From contig CANQWT010000002.1 in NCBI GenBank assembly GCA_947627635.1, forward strand, positions 1 to 58,403: a stretch of 58,403 bases of DNA, given 5' to 3'. Shown here piece by piece: positions 9,896 to 20,730 of the stretch. The DNA comes from an uncultured Bacilli bacterium. Lineage in GTDB: Bacteria; Bacillota_I; Bacilli_A; RF39; UBA660. Below the pieces are notes generated by a model. The model saw nothing but the letters and a program-made list of their open reading frames with translations, was not told the origin of the DNA and ran no database searches. The position numbers were made by a program, and so were the translations under genes. Numbering within the stretch: position 1 is the stretch's first letter; each line of letters begins with the position of its first letter.

Positions 9896-10525
9896 TTATC
9901 TGATAATCCGTTGTTTTCTTTTTCGATATTGTGAAGGAACACCATCTTGATATTCGTCAAAAACTAAGTAGTCATAACTTGCGGAATAAGAATTGTCTCT
10001 TTGGTCTTCTAAGTAAGCATCAGAACTTGTATAAACCATTGCTGGTTGAGAAATATTTTCTCTTAAGTAAGGATTTACAGCTTGACATAGCACTTCATCA
10101 TTTAAGCCATTCATAACAAAGTGAAGACGAAATGGAGTTTGTTTTCCTTCTTTTAAAAGAGCAAAAGCTTGTTTTTCTTTCATTAAAATGATTTGCTCTT
10201 GTAAAATAAGAATTGCTTTATCTGTAAGATGCTTTTTCACATGAAAAGAAGTATCTATATCCGTTTTACTTTTATCCGAAAGCTTCCAAATAATTTGTTC
10301 AGCGATATAATTTTTCCATACTAGAATATGTTGTTTTGGATATCTTCTCAAATAATCTTCTAAATTATGGCACATAAAAGAAGAAAACTGAATGCATAAA
10401 TCATTCGGATGGTTTTCTTGAATATAATAAGCTACCTTTTTAAGGTCTCTTGCGCTTTGTCTTGTAAAAACGACATTCGCACCCTTATTGTTGTCAATTT
10501 CTTTCTTTAAATTTGTATTCTTCAT
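9896..10525 (-). CDS. Hypothetical protein, paralog 2 of a tandem pair downstream of uvrB
   Basis: 209 aa; shares blocks with the 222-aa neighbour (DLC[IV].F, VW..Y, RLH[FL]...G[LI]N, PYL, M[VL]Y, YDY[LV].F). No family recognised. Confidence 0.6.
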   Translation of the reverse strand: MKNTNLKKEIDNNKGANVVFTRQSARDLKKVAYYIQENHPNDLCIQFSSFMCHNLEDYLRRYPKQHILVWKNYIAEQIIWKLSDKSKTDIDTSFHVKKHLTDKAILILQEQIILMKEKQAFALLKEGKQTPFRLHFVMNGLNDEVLCQAVNPYLRENISQPAMVYTSSDAYLEDQRDNSYSASYDYLVFDEYQDGVPSQYRKRKQRIIR

Positions 10526-10532
10526 GTTTTTC

Positions 10533-11201
10533 CTACTTTCTAATCTTTTGTTTTTGTTTTACTTCATGTTTGATAGATGGAACAAATTCTCCTTTTTTAT
10601 TGAACATTACATAATCATATGCTTGCCAAATCCATTCATTTTCTTGAGGAAATCCGTGAGGAATTTTTCCTGTATAAAAACCATTTGGAGCAATATAAAG
10701 CATTAGTGGATGAGTAAAAGAAGCGCTAAGGTAAGGGGTTATGGCATCTTGTAAATTTGTGGAGTTGATACCATCAAGAAAAAGATGCAGTCTTCCTATA
10801 TTAGAAGGATTTAAGTGTGCTATCACATCCTTATAAGTTGGAAATTGGTCTTGAACTTTCTCATAACGAAGTGCCTGATGACTTAAAAATATACCTTCAA
10901 TAAAGTCAAGTGGAAATCCACAGTCAACAGCATCCCTTTGAGCCTGTTCTTTTAAAATCTGAAAAGAAGCATAATGCTCCCAAACTTGATGAGCATTCGT
11001 CCGGTCCATTGAAACAAAGGAAATAACATCCTCCAAATTTTTAGGAGTAAATGAAACACACAAGTCTATAGGAAACTCCTCATGAATGACCCTTTGAAAC
11101 TCTTTTAAATTACAACTTTCCTGATAACAAAAAATTTCATTTTGACTTTGGTTCTCTCTAATTTCCTTTAAAATCAAGGCTTTTACTTTACTTGCTTCCA
11201 T
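10533..11201 (-). CDS. Hypothetical protein, paralog 1 of a tandem pair, start overlaps the uvrB stop
   Basis: 222 aa; 14-nt overlap with the end of uvrB; paralogous to 9896-10525. Confidence 0.6.
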   Translation of the reverse strand: MEASKVKALILKEIRENQSQNEIFCYQESCNLKEFQRVIHEEFPIDLCVSFTPKNLEDVISFVSMDRTNAHQVWEHYASFQILKEQAQRDAVDCGFPLDFIEGIFLSHQALRYEKVQDQFPTYKDVIAHLNPSNIGRLHLFLDGINSTNLQDAITPYLSASFTHPLMLYIAPNGFYTGKIPHGFPQENEWIWQAYDYVMFNKKGEFVPSIKHEVKQKQKIRK

Positions 11202-13158
11202 CCTCTTCCCCTACTTCCATTTCAAATAATAAATCTCTTAATTCCATTGCTCGCTCAAAGTCTAAGTTCTTAGCTGCCTCACGCATTTCTTTCTCAAGTG
11301 TATCTTTCATAAGAGCAATATCTTTTTTAGACCTCTTCACGTTCTTCTTATCATCGTCTTTCGTATCAAGATTTCTAATGACTTCTCTGATTTCCTTCTC
11401 AATGGTCTTTGGAATGATACCATGTTCTTGATTATATTTCTCTTGAATTGCTCTTCTTCTTGCTGTTTCTTCTATCGCTTCATTCATACTATCTGTTATT
11501 TTATCTGCATACATAATGACATGTCCATTAGCATTTCTTGCACAACGTCCAATGGTTTGAATGAGACTTCTAGTACTTCTTAAGAACCCTTCTTTATCCG
11601 CATCTAATATAGCAATAAGTGAAACTTCTGGAATATCAATTCCTTCACGGAGTAAATTGATACCCACTAATACATCATATTTACCTTTTCGTAAATCATG
11701 AATAATTTGAAGACGTTCAAGGGTTTTAACTTCGGTATGCAGATAGGCAACTTTAATATCAATTTCTTTCAAATAATTAGTAAGTTCTTCTGCCATTCGA
11801 ATAGTAAGGGTTGTAATTAACGTTCTTTCACCCTTAGCAATACGTTTTTGAATTTCTTCCACTAAATCATCGATTTGTCCTTCTGTCTTACGAACTTCAA
11901 TAGTTGGGTCTAAAAGACCTGTTGGACGAATGATTTGTTCAACATACTTGTGATTTGTTTTCTCTAACTCATAGTCTCCAGGAGTTGCGGAAACATAAAT
12001 AGCCTGGTTTACTTTTTGCTCAAACTCTTCAAACTTCAAAGGACGATTATCTAAAGCGCTAGGCAAACGAAAACCAAAATCAACTAAGTTCATTTTCCTT
12101 GCTCTATCACCATTATACATTCCTCTAACTTGAGGTAAAGTCACATGACTTTCATCCACTACAAGTAAAAAGTCTTTTGGAAAAAAGTCCATCAAAGTTG
12201 TAGGGGTTTCTCCTTCTTGTCGTCCTGCCATGTGACGCGAATAGTTTTCAATACCATGACAAAAACCAGTTTCTTCAAGCATTTCTATATCATATTTCGT
12301 TCTTTGTTCAATTCGCTCTAAGGCAAGTAATTGATTTGTTTCTTTAAAATATTTCATTCTCTCTTCTAACTCTATTTGAATTCTTTTGATGGCAGCTTTT
12401 AGTTTTTCATCACTAATTACAAAATGAGAAGCAGGAAAAATACTAATGGTCTTTTTCTTGACCAAAATAGCACCTGTTAAAGTATCAATTTCGCTAATCC
12501 TATCAATAGTAGAGTCAAAGAATTCAATACGATAACCTGTCGTATTTTGATAACTTGGAATAATTTCTAGACAGTCTCCTCTTACACGAAAAGTACCTCT
12601 TTTAAAATCTAAGTCATTTCTTTCATACTGCATTTCAACTAGTTTTGCAAGAACCGTATTTCTTTCTATCTCTTGTCCTACCGTTAAGGTAAGCATTTTG
12701 TTTAAATACTCTTCAACTTCTCCTATACCATAAATACAAGAAACAGATGCGACGACAATGACATTTCTTGATGAAAGTAAGGAAGAAGTTGCATAATGTC
12801 TTAGTTCATCGATTTCATCGTTAATAGAAGAATCTTTTTCAATATAAGTATCGGTTGCGGGAACGTATGCTTCTGGTTGATAATAATCGTAGTAGGAAAC
12901 AAAATAGCATACTTGGTCTTCTGGAAATAATTCTTTAAGTTCACTATATAATTGTCCTGCGAGGGTCTTATTATGAGCAAGAACAAGAGTTGGCTTATCG
13001 ACTTCTTTAATCACATTGGCGATAGTAAAAGTCTTTCCGGTTCCTGTTGCACCCAACAAAACTTGATGCTTTTTGCCTTTTCGAATTCCATCTACTAATT
13101 CTTTAATTGCTTCAGGTTGGTCACCACTTGGTTGATACTTCGATACTAACTTAAACAT
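11188..13158 (-). CDS. uvrB: Excinuclease ABC subunit B
   Basis: 656 aa; GATGTGKT Walker A, DESH box, helicase C blocks, C-terminal UVR domain (FERAMELRD). Confidence 0.97.
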   Translation of the reverse strand: MFKLVSKYQPSGDQPEAIKELVDGIRKGKKHQVLLGATGTGKTFTIANVIKEVDKPTLVLAHNKTLAGQLYSELKELFPEDQVCYFVSYYDYYQPEAYVPATDTYIEKDSSINDEIDELRHYATSSLLSSRNVIVVASVSCIYGIGEVEEYLNKMLTLTVGQEIERNTVLAKLVEMQYERNDLDFKRGTFRVRGDCLEIIPSYQNTTGYRIEFFDSTIDRISEIDTLTGAILVKKKTISIFPASHFVISDEKLKAAIKRIQIELEERMKYFKETNQLLALERIEQRTKYDIEMLEETGFCHGIENYSRHMAGRQEGETPTTLMDFFPKDFLLVVDESHVTLPQVRGMYNGDRARKMNLVDFGFRLPSALDNRPLKFEEFEQKVNQAIYVSATPGDYELEKTNHKYVEQIIRPTGLLDPTIEVRKTEGQIDDLVEEIQKRIAKGERTLITTLTIRMAEELTNYLKEIDIKVAYLHTEVKTLERLQIIHDLRKGKYDVLVGINLLREGIDIPEVSLIAILDADKEGFLRSTRSLIQTIGRCARNANGHVIMYADKITDSMNEAIEETARRRAIQEKYNQEHGIIPKTIEKEIREVIRNLDTKDDDKKNVKRSKKDIALMKDTLEKEMREAAKNLDFERAMELRDLLFEMEVGEEDGSK

Positions 13159-13394
13159 AACTTCCTCCTTCCTTTTAGTTTAATATAAAATAAGGGATAT
13201 AAATTTACTAGAATATTTTATCATTCTTTGTCCAACAAAACAAGGATAGCTTTTATCAAGTTCCAAATTTTTAAAACATATATGTGTTAATAGGGATGTC
13301 TTAACATATTTATATTTGTTCTTCAAAATCTTACAATGTGTAAACAAAACGATAGTTAAAAATACTGAAGGCTTTCCATCAATACTATATTATA

Positions 13395-13420
13395 CAAAAA
13401 AGAACACTTAGAATGTTCTT
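13395..13420 (-). terminator. Intrinsic terminator after the NUDIX gene
   Basis: 7-bp stem AAGAACA/TGTTCTT (13400-13406 / 13414-13420) with a U-run on the minus strand. Confidence 0.5.
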
Positions 13421-13468
13421 TCTCATTGTTCATACTCAATAAAATACTTTCCTTTTTAAATCTTTGGT

Positions 13469-13903
13469 TTACCGTTTTAGTTTTTTCAACTTTAAGGCAT
13501 CATAAGTTAATGGACTAACATCTTCCTCTTTTAAATCAGCAATTGGATACCAACAAGCTCCTAAAGAATCCAGTCCATCAGCATCCTCTTTAATCGTACC
13601 TTCGTAAGACAAAATTTCATATATAATTCCAATATGATGCATATTATCCATTTGTCCAATATAAGGATTATCCCATGGAACTACAACTGAATTCGCATCT
13701 ATGATGTTTGCCTTTGTAACGTTAATACCCGCTTCTTCCATAAACTCTCTTTTCAATGTTTCAATAGGTTTTTCACCATGTTCAAAACTACCTCCAGGCA
13801 AATCGTATTGACCTGTGTAAGCACCTCTTGCCTTTTTGACTAACAAAATTTTGTCATCTTTAATTACAACTCCATAAACTCCCAAATGCGTTGAATTTAC
13901 CAT
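13469..13903 (-). CDS. NUDIX hydrolase
   Basis: 144 aa; Nudix box GGSFEHGEKPIETLKREFMEEAGI. Confidence 0.85.
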   Translation of the reverse strand: MVNSTHLGVYGVVIKDDKILLVKKARGAYTGQYDLPGGSFEHGEKPIETLKREFMEEAGINVTKANIIDANSVVVPWDNPYIGQMDNMHHIGIIYEILSYEGTIKEDADGLDSLGACWYPIADLKEEDVSPLTYDALKLKKLKR

Positions 13904-14040
13904 TATACCACCCTTTCATTTTATAATTGATATTATTATATATTCTAATAGACGAAAATACAATTTATTTCATACACTTTTCTCAGACTAAAAAAATGAA
14001 CCTATTACGAAAATAAATTCATTTTTTTAATATCAAATAA

Positions 14041-14715
14041 TTAGTCTGTTACTTTTTTATCTTTTATACTATTGTAGAAGTTTGCACATGTAACGTTCAT
14101 GTATGGTGCAACATAGAATAGTAAAAGTCCAAAAGTTAAAGCAGATAACAATGCCCAACCAAGGAAACTAAGGTGTAAAATAAAGTAATCCAATTTATGA
14201 CCATTCATCATTTCTTTACTACGTTTAATTGCTTCAAATACACCAATTTCAGGATTATCTATCATGATAAAATTAACCATTGAGTATTTATAAGTAGCAA
14301 TAATTCCTGGAATAATGAGTAAAAGTGTCCATAAACTTGTGAATACTGCCACCATAATTGTTACTCCGAAAAAGAGAAAGCATAAGTTTGTTTTACTAAA
14401 TAATTCAGAAAAACTAACTTTTTCATTACGTGATACTTTTAAGAAGTAACTAACGGAACCTAAAGTTAATAAACATGCTACAGCAATACTTAGTAATGAA
14501 GAGATAATTTGAGCCCAGCCAAAATTGAATTGATTTGGACTGTCTAAAAATTGTGATAAACTTTCAGAACTACTTAAAGCATTAGGATTATTGATTAGAC
14601 CAATTGCAGATACAGCTAATGAAATAAGTCCAAAGACAACCAATACTAATATTGCTTCTCCCCATTTTCCTTTCAAAGATTTTTTCGCATTTTCTTTTAA
14701 TTCTACCCTATTCAT
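14041..14715 (-). CDS. DUF975-family integral membrane protein
   Basis: 224 aa; N-terminus MNRVELKENAKKSLKGKWGEA and multi-TM layout typical of DUF975/YciC-like proteins. Confidence 0.65.
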   Translation of the reverse strand: MNRVELKENAKKSLKGKWGEAILVLVVFGLISLAVSAIGLINNPNALSSSESLSQFLDSPNQFNFGWAQIISSLLSIAVACLLTLGSVSYFLKVSRNEKVSFSELFSKTNLCFLFFGVTIMVAVFTSLWTLLLIIPGIIATYKYSMVNFIMIDNPEIGVFEAIKRSKEMMNGHKLDYFILHLSFLGWALLSALTFGLLLFYVAPYMNVTCANFYNSIKDKKVTD

Positions 14716-14822
14716 AATACACTCCTTTCTAGTACTAATATATCACTAAATTCTATTTTTGTTAATCCAAAATATGACAAAACCTGCATTCAAACTCATC
14801 TTATCTTAATCATTTTTTCTCT

Positions 14823-15704
14823 TTAAGCGAATTTAGGTTGCTTCGTGATTACCTTTTGTTTTGGAGGAGTTGACTTCTTTACTCGTTCATTGATATCCAA
14901 TTCTACAATAGAATCACAGACTTTATATCGATAAAATCCTTGTAAATCTTTATAATTTTCTTCATTGATAGCACGGTTCATTGCTCTACAATATTCATCT
15001 CGTTCTGTTGGTTTAACATAAATAGGTGGAAGAGATGCATCTTCTAATAATTTGTTTGTAAGGCCACGAATTGTACGACCATTTCCATCAAAAAATGGGT
15101 GAATTTTAATCAGTTTTGCATTGACTTCTACACAAACGTCCAAGTAATTTAGTAAATCTTCAACATTTCTAGATTCTTTTATAAGAGGAGCAATTTCTTT
15201 TAAGAAAACAACCATATCGTCAATTTGATTTAAATGTGTTCTTATCATACTCCATTCGCTTAACTCTGCTCCGGCTCCTGGCAAGTACACATCATAATTT
15301 CGCAAATCTCCAGCACACTCTGGATGCTCTGTACATGAAAATAAAATACGGTGTAAGTCCTTTAACGTATATACATTAAACATATACTCGATTTCAGGAG
15401 AATGAATGTATTCATACATTTTTCCTAAACCTTCTATTTCTTCTTTTCCATGAACTTCTTCTAATTCGCTTTCATTTTTAATATAATGTGTGACAAAACT
15501 CTTTTTAAGTTCATCAAAAGTAACTTCATCAGGATTTAAGGCATAATACATTCTAATAAGCTTCGTTGGAATTTCTGCTTTTGGGTCAAATTGCCTATTT
15601 TTACTTCTTTGATACTTATATCCTAAAAAAGCCTGTTGGATTAAAAATGGTCCATCAAAACCAAAATATTCAAGTTGTTCTAATAATTCTTCCTTGTTTG
15701 CCAT
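14823..15704 (-). CDS. Fic-family protein (AMPylase/adenylyltransferase type)
   Basis: 293 aa; canonical Fic motif HPFFDGNGRTIRG. Confidence 0.85.
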   Translation of the reverse strand: MANKEELLEQLEYFGFDGPFLIQQAFLGYKYQRSKNRQFDPKAEIPTKLIRMYYALNPDEVTFDELKKSFVTHYIKNESELEEVHGKEEIEGLGKMYEYIHSPEIEYMFNVYTLKDLHRILFSCTEHPECAGDLRNYDVYLPGAGAELSEWSMIRTHLNQIDDMVVFLKEIAPLIKESRNVEDLLNYLDVCVEVNAKLIKIHPFFDGNGRTIRGLTNKLLEDASLPPIYVKPTERDEYCRAMNRAINEENYKDLQGFYRYKVCDSIVELDINERVKKSTPPKQKVITKQPKFA

Positions 15705-15773
15705 AATTTCACCCCTTCAATTTGCGCATATTATAACATAAGCTTTCAAAAATTGCAAACAAAACAAGCATTT

Positions 15774-15793
15774 AAAAAAAGAGGCTACCCTCT
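15774..15793 (-). terminator. Intrinsic terminator after the MIP channel gene
   Basis: AGAGG-CTAC-CCTCT hairpin flanked by A-run and T-run. Confidence 0.5.
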
Positions 15794-15804
15794 TTTTAGT
15801 TTTT

Positions 15805-16512
15805 CTATTTACTTTTCTTCTTACTAGATTTCTTTTCTTCACTAGGTGATAGACACATCCAAATAAGAGCTGCGATTAAAGCACCTAGAAGTGGTCCAAT
15901 AATGAAAATCCATACTTGAGATAGAGCTTTTCCACCTTCAAATAATGCAGGCCCTAAACTTCTAGCAGGGTTTACACTCGTTCCAGTTAAAGGAATACCA
16001 ATGATATGAACAAAAGCAAGTGTAAGACCAATGACAACTCCACTGATACTAGAGTATTCTTTTTTAGAGGTAACTCCTAAAATTGTAATAACGAAAATTG
16101 CCGTAAGAATAACTTCTACAAGGAATGCTCCCATCATACTGATATTGACATAAGATAGGCTATCAAATCCGTTCGTTCCAAGAGATGTAATAGCAGGACT
16201 ACACATACTACCAATCATCTTAAGCATGAATGCTGCGACTATTGCACCTAATACTTGACTGATAACATAACCACAAAAGTCTTTAAAATTCATACGTTTT
16301 GTAGCAAGCATACCTAATGATACAGCAGGGTTAATATGACATCCTGAGATAGTTCCAATTGAATATGCCATTGCTACAATTGCAAGTCCAAAAGCAAACG
16401 CAATTCCAAGAACTCCTAAAACTCCTCCAATACCACCTGATAATGCTGCAGCACCACAACCTACAAATGTCAGTACAAAAGTACCAATAAATTCTGCAAT
16501 GTACTTTTTCAT
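15805..16512 (-). CDS. MIP-family channel (aquaporin Z-like)
   Basis: 235 aa; two NPA boxes (HINPAVS, VNPARS); six TM segments. Confidence 0.9.
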   Translation of the reverse strand: MKKYIAEFIGTFVLTFVGCGAAALSGGIGGVLGVLGIAFAFGLAIVAMAYSIGTISGCHINPAVSLGMLATKRMNFKDFCGYVISQVLGAIVAAFMLKMIGSMCSPAITSLGTNGFDSLSYVNISMMGAFLVEVILTAIFVITILGVTSKKEYSSISGVVIGLTLAFVHIIGIPLTGTSVNPARSLGPALFEGGKALSQVWIFIIGPLLGALIAALIWMCLSPSEEKKSSKKKSK

Positions 16513-16605
16513 TTTTCTCCTCCTTATTCTAACTCAAGTATAGCGAAAAAAAGAAACTTTTTCAAGTCCCTTTCTATTTCTAAAAACGTTATAGCTCTAG
16601 TTTTA

Positions 16606-17415
16606 TTATTGCTTTTTCTCAAAGAAATTTCTCTTGGAAAAACCTGCCATCATAAAACGACAGAAAGCTTTGCGGTTTGTAAGCCATGTGAATTTCACAT
16701 TGTTCTTATCATTCTTCAAAATCTTATCAACCATAAAGTTTGCAATTGTATCAGGATAATCTCCTAAAATGTTATAGACTTTCTTTGTCTTTTCATCCAA
16801 CTCGATTTTCTCACCATCTCCAAGAGCTGTAGTAATAAAGTTTGTAATCATAATCCCTGGAGTAATTTTTCCAACCTGTATTGGAAGATGAAGTTCTTGC
16901 ACTTCATAAGCAAGAGCTTCTGTAAAATAAGTCACTGCCCTCTTACTTGTTCCATAAAGAGAAAGACCTAAGATTTTGGCATCATTACTTCCGTGACCTT
17001 CTACATTATAGATTTGTCCACTTTGTTGCTTGATTAAAATTGGCATCACAAGTTTAGAACAAAGAATAGTTCCCTTTAAATCAACATCAATTAAATGGTC
17101 AATTTCTTCTTTCGATAATTCCCAAATAGGTTTATTAGACTGATTTACTCCAGCATTGTTAATCCAAATATCGATTTTCTTGACATTCTGCGTAATTTCT
17201 TGCAGCATTTTGGTAATTTCTTCCTCTTTAGTAATATCAACAACATAAGAGAACACTTCTCTTGTAGAAGAAATTTTCCTAATCTCTTCCAAAGCTTCCT
17301 TTAAAGCATCTTTATTTCTATCTAATAAAACTACATTACAACCTTTCATGCGAAAAAGTTTAGCCATTTCAAAACCAAAACCTCTTGCACTTCCTGTAAT
17401 TACAACTGTTTTCAT
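16606..17415 (-). CDS. SDR-family oxidoreductase
   Basis: 269 aa; TGSARGFG glycine motif, NNAG, YGTSK catalytic motif. Confidence 0.8.
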   Translation of the reverse strand: MKTVVITGSARGFGFEMAKLFRMKGCNVVLLDRNKDALKEALEEIRKISSTREVFSYVVDITKEEEITKMLQEITQNVKKIDIWINNAGVNQSNKPIWELSKEEIDHLIDVDLKGTILCSKLVMPILIKQQSGQIYNVEGHGSNDAKILGLSLYGTSKRAVTYFTEALAYEVQELHLPIQVGKITPGIMITNFITTALGDGEKIELDEKTKKVYNILGDYPDTIANFMVDKILKNDKNNVKFTWLTNRKAFCRFMMAGFSKRNFFEKKQ

Positions 17416-17424
17416 AAGACCTCC

Positions 17425-18657
17425 TTATCGGTTATTCCAACTACTTGGGAATGCGACATAGTTAGCAGGATTTAAAATTTTATTGGTATAACTCCAATAA
17501 GAAGTACACCCACCACCAGGTTTCCAATGACAAGTCGCAAGCTCTAAGTGAAGATGAATACTTGTTCCTCCTTCATCACTACCTGAAGTACAACCTGTAT
17601 TTCCCATCTGTCCTAAAGGTGTATAGGCAGAAACAATTTGACCTTCTGAAACATTCACTCTACTTAAATGCATATAACTTGCATAAATATATCTATTGTT
17701 GATATTATGTCTTATCACAATAATATTGGCATTTCCATTACAAGTGTAATCACAGAAACTATAACAATTATCACGATAAACAGAAATAACATATCCATTC
17801 GCAATTGGATAAATCGTCTCAGCTTTCTTATTAGGACTTGTCATATCTTGACCTAAATGTCCGCTATATGAGCCTACCCCTCCTTGACGTCTTCCATTTG
17901 TAATCGGTCTAAGAGTTGCTCCTGAACTTGGAACAGATGCTCCAGTTGCTTGGTTTACTCGATAGATACAAGACTGAACGTCTTCATTCGCACCACAACC
18001 CATTTTTTCCAAATAAGCAATATTTTCTTTTGCTGCTTTTATTTGCTCTTTAATACTAGGCATTGTATCTCGAACTGCTTGAGTTTCAGCATTGATTTTT
18101 TCACGTTCTGATTTTAATTCTTGTTGTAAAGCATCCAATTCCTTCTTTTTCTGTTCAAGTTCTTGTTGTTTTGCTTTATTTCTTTCAATTAACGCTTCTA
18201 ATTCTTTCATGATTTTATCATTATATTCCATCAACTGTTCTACAACAGACATTCTATAAATCATATCTGTTATATCATTCGCACCAAAAGCATATTCAAG
18301 ATAGGCATTTTCTCCATTTGCCACTTGATAGTATTCCACAATTTTTTTACTTTCTTTTCCTTTTTCAGCAATTTCTTGATTACTTTCGTCAATTTCATTT
18401 TGTAAAGTAATAATATCATCTTGTGCTTGCTTCATTTGACTTTGAATTTCTGAAATTCTTTGCGTAATTTCTGCAACTTCAGCATCATTCTTGGCAATTT
18501 TATTTTGTTTTTCTTCTAATTCTTTTGTATATTTTTCGACTTCACTTTTAAATTCGTTAATAGTTTGAGCTGCAGCTTGATATGGATGTGCCATCAAAGA
18601 AAAGCAAAAAAGGAACAGAAATATACCACAAACTATTTTCTTGTTACGCTTCTTCAT
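17425..18657 (-). CDS. Secreted coiled-coil M23 (LytM) peptidoglycan endopeptidase, FtsEX-associated
   Basis: 410 aa; signal peptide, long heptad-rich coiled coil, C-terminal M23 motifs (HLGQD, HLHLE); immediately downstream of ftsEX. Confidence 0.85.
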   Translation of the reverse strand: MKKRNKKIVCGIFLFLFCFSLMAHPYQAAAQTINEFKSEVEKYTKELEEKQNKIAKNDAEVAEITQRISEIQSQMKQAQDDIITLQNEIDESNQEIAEKGKESKKIVEYYQVANGENAYLEYAFGANDITDMIYRMSVVEQLMEYNDKIMKELEALIERNKAKQQELEQKKKELDALQQELKSEREKINAETQAVRDTMPSIKEQIKAAKENIAYLEKMGCGANEDVQSCIYRVNQATGASVPSSGATLRPITNGRRQGGVGSYSGHLGQDMTSPNKKAETIYPIANGYVISVYRDNCYSFCDYTCNGNANIIVIRHNINNRYIYASYMHLSRVNVSEGQIVSAYTPLGQMGNTGCTSGSDEGGTSIHLHLELATCHWKPGGGCTSYWSYTNKILNPANYVAFPSSWNNR

Positions 18658-18659
18658 AC

Positions 18660-19559
18660 TTACACCTTTAAATACTTTCTAACTGCACTAGCACTACCTA
18701 TCATACCAACTAAAATACCTATACCAACAATAATCAATGATACTTCATAGATAAATGGTTCAGGTTGAATTAGTTCTATCAATTTAGAATATAAGTATCC
18801 ATCAAAATGTTGATAAAATGCAAGATAGCCAAATGTAATAATACAAATAGGAATAATAGAACCAATTACACCTAAAATCATTCCTTCTATGATAAATGGA
18901 ATTTTAATCGTAAAGTTACTAGCTCCTACTAAACGCATAATTGAAATCTCTCTTTTTCTTGAGAAAATTGTAAGTTTAATTGTATTGATAATTAGAAAGA
19001 CTGTTACAACAACAAGAGCAATGACAACACCATAAGCAACTTTTTCAATAGAAGAAAAAGCTTGAACCATTTTATCAACCATTCCTGCACCATAGCGAAC
19101 TACAGATACACCTTTGATTTTTTCAATCGTTTTCGCAGTCTTTGAAATGTCCTCTATCTTTTTAACTTTAATTTGATAAGTATCTTTTAATGGATTATCT
19201 TCATTATTCCAGTCTTCCATAATGGTATTAAAAATAGAAGATTCTTGCTGCATTTCTTTTTTGACTGTAGCTTTATCTTTAAAATCATAAGACTCCACAT
19301 TTGATAAATTCTTAATACGATTTGTTACATAGCGAATAGTATTTTCATCACTATTACTTTCTAAGAACACAACAATCGTCATATCTTTTTCAATTTCTTT
19401 GGTAAAATTTTCCACATTAAATGAGGCGAGAATTGAAAGAGCAACAATAATTAAAGTAATGGTGATACAAGAAATAGATGCAATGGATAAAGAAAAGTTT
19501 CTAAAGACACTTTTAAAAGCATCACGAATACTTCTTCCTAACATTCTAAATATTTTCAT
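18660..19559 (-). CDS. ftsX: Cell-division ABC transporter permease FtsX
   Basis: 299 aa; TM1, large extracellular domain, three C-terminal TMs; overlaps the end of ftsE. Confidence 0.9.
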   Translation of the reverse strand: MKIFRMLGRSIRDAFKSVFRNFSLSIASISCITITLIIVALSILASFNVENFTKEIEKDMTIVVFLESNSDENTIRYVTNRIKNLSNVESYDFKDKATVKKEMQQESSIFNTIMEDWNNEDNPLKDTYQIKVKKIEDISKTAKTIEKIKGVSVVRYGAGMVDKMVQAFSSIEKVAYGVVIALVVVTVFLIINTIKLTIFSRKREISIMRLVGASNFTIKIPFIIEGMILGVIGSIIPICIITFGYLAFYQHFDGYLYSKLIELIQPEPFIYEVSLIIVGIGILVGMIGSASAVRKYLKV

Positions 19560-20241
19560 TATATCCCCCCTTTTCTATATGGGAAATAAGTCTTCCATCT
19601 TTAAGTGAGATAACTTCTTTCTGCATTTTATTGACGATTTCTTTATCATGTGTTGCCATAATGACTGTAGTTCCACATGTTTTATTGATTTCTTCAAGAA
19701 CTTTTACAATTTCCATAGAACGGTCAGGGTCTAAGTTTCCTGTTGGTTCATCACAAATTAAAAGTTTTGGTTCATTCACGATGGCTCTCGCAATTGCAAC
19801 ACGTTGCTGTTCACCACCTGATAATTGGTCAGGATAGTTATGTATTTTATTTTTAAGTCCAACAAGCTCTAAAGCCTTTAACACTTTTCGTCTTGTCTCA
19901 TCTTTCTTAGCACCTATTACTTCCATGGCAAAAGAGACGTTTTCATAAACGTTTAATTTCGGTAATAAACGATAATCTTGGAAAACAATTCCTAACTTTC
20001 TTCTTAATTTATATACTTTTTTATTTCGAAGTTTTGCAACATTAACTCCACCAACAATAATAGAACCTTTTGTAGGTTTTTCTTCGCGGTAAAGCATCTT
20101 GATAAATGTACTTTTACCACTACCACTGCCTCCAATTACAAAGACAAAAGAACCTTTTTTTATGGATAAACTCAAATCATAGATTGCAGTAACACCATTT
20201 TTATATTGCTTTTTAACATTTTTAAGGCGAATTAAATCCAT
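19546..20241 (-). CDS. ftsE: Cell-division ABC transporter ATPase FtsE
   Basis: Walker A GGSGSGKST, signature LSGGEQQRV. Start set to ATG 20241 (MDLIRLKNV; AAAGGA upstream). Confidence 0.92.
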   Translation of the reverse strand: MDLIRLKNVKKQYKNGVTAIYDLSLSIKKGSFVFVIGGSGSGKSTFIKMLYREEKPTKGSIIVGGVNVAKLRNKKVYKLRRKLGIVFQDYRLLPKLNVYENVSFAMEVIGAKKDETRRKVLKALELVGLKNKIHNYPDQLSGGEQQRVAIARAIVNEPKLLICDEPTGNLDPDRSMEIVKVLEEINKTCGTTVIMATHDKEIVNKMQKEVISLKDGRLISHIEKGGYNENI

Positions 20242-20385
20242 AGAACCATCCTTTCTATTCATTCATTATAACATAAATTCTAAAGAAAAACACAGGAAAC
20301 AGTTGGAAATATTAAATATTTCGACAATTTTTTCTTCGGATGTCAAAAAAAAGAAAAGTTCATTTAAGTACTCTTCTTTTTCCTA

Positions 20386-20637
20386 TTATTTCAACATAAC
20401 TCTGCTTCCATTTTTAAGACCCGAAAATTTTACAATATTATTTAAGTTAATTAGTTTGCCATCCAAATCATTGTATAAAAAAGGATTTTCGATTATTTCA
20501 TAATTCCCTTCGGTCATCTCTTTAATGGACTGTTGAACAGTAGTCAAAGCATCACTTAGTTTGACATTGATAGGAAGAAAAATATCAAATTCCTCTTCTA
20601 AAGATAATACGAAAAATGTTACCAAAATTTTATCCAT
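20386..20637 (-). CDS. YukD/EsaB-like ubiquitin-fold T7SS accessory protein
   Basis: 83 aa; size, beta-grasp-like pattern and C-terminal SGLKNGSRVMLK resemble YukD/EsaB (..GI.NGD.L.L); lies in a T7SS context. Confidence 0.6.
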   Translation of the reverse strand: MDKILVTFFVLSLEEEFDIFLPINVKLSDALTTVQQSIKEMTEGNYEIIENPFLYNDLDGKLINLNNIVKFSGLKNGSRVMLK

Positions 20638-20730
20638 ACTATAACCTCTTCTTCTATTTTAATTTATTATAACATACAAGTAAAACTTTATCTACAAACA
20701 AAAAAAAGAAAATCAAATAATTCTCTTTTT

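Noticed and set aside
13275-13288. AACATATATGTGTT as a possible LexA box upstream of uvrB
   Set aside because: It does not fit the GAAC-N4-GTTC spacing or core. It is only an AT-rich pseudo-palindrome.
14823-15704. Standalone Fic protein as a toxin-antitoxin module
   Set aside because: No adjacent small antitoxin ORF is present, and the neighbours are housekeeping genes (aquaporin, DUF975). The evidence is insufficient to call a TA system.
20303-20503. 66-aa plus-strand ORF overlapping the YukD-like gene
   Set aside because: It is antisense to a better-supported gene and has no start context.
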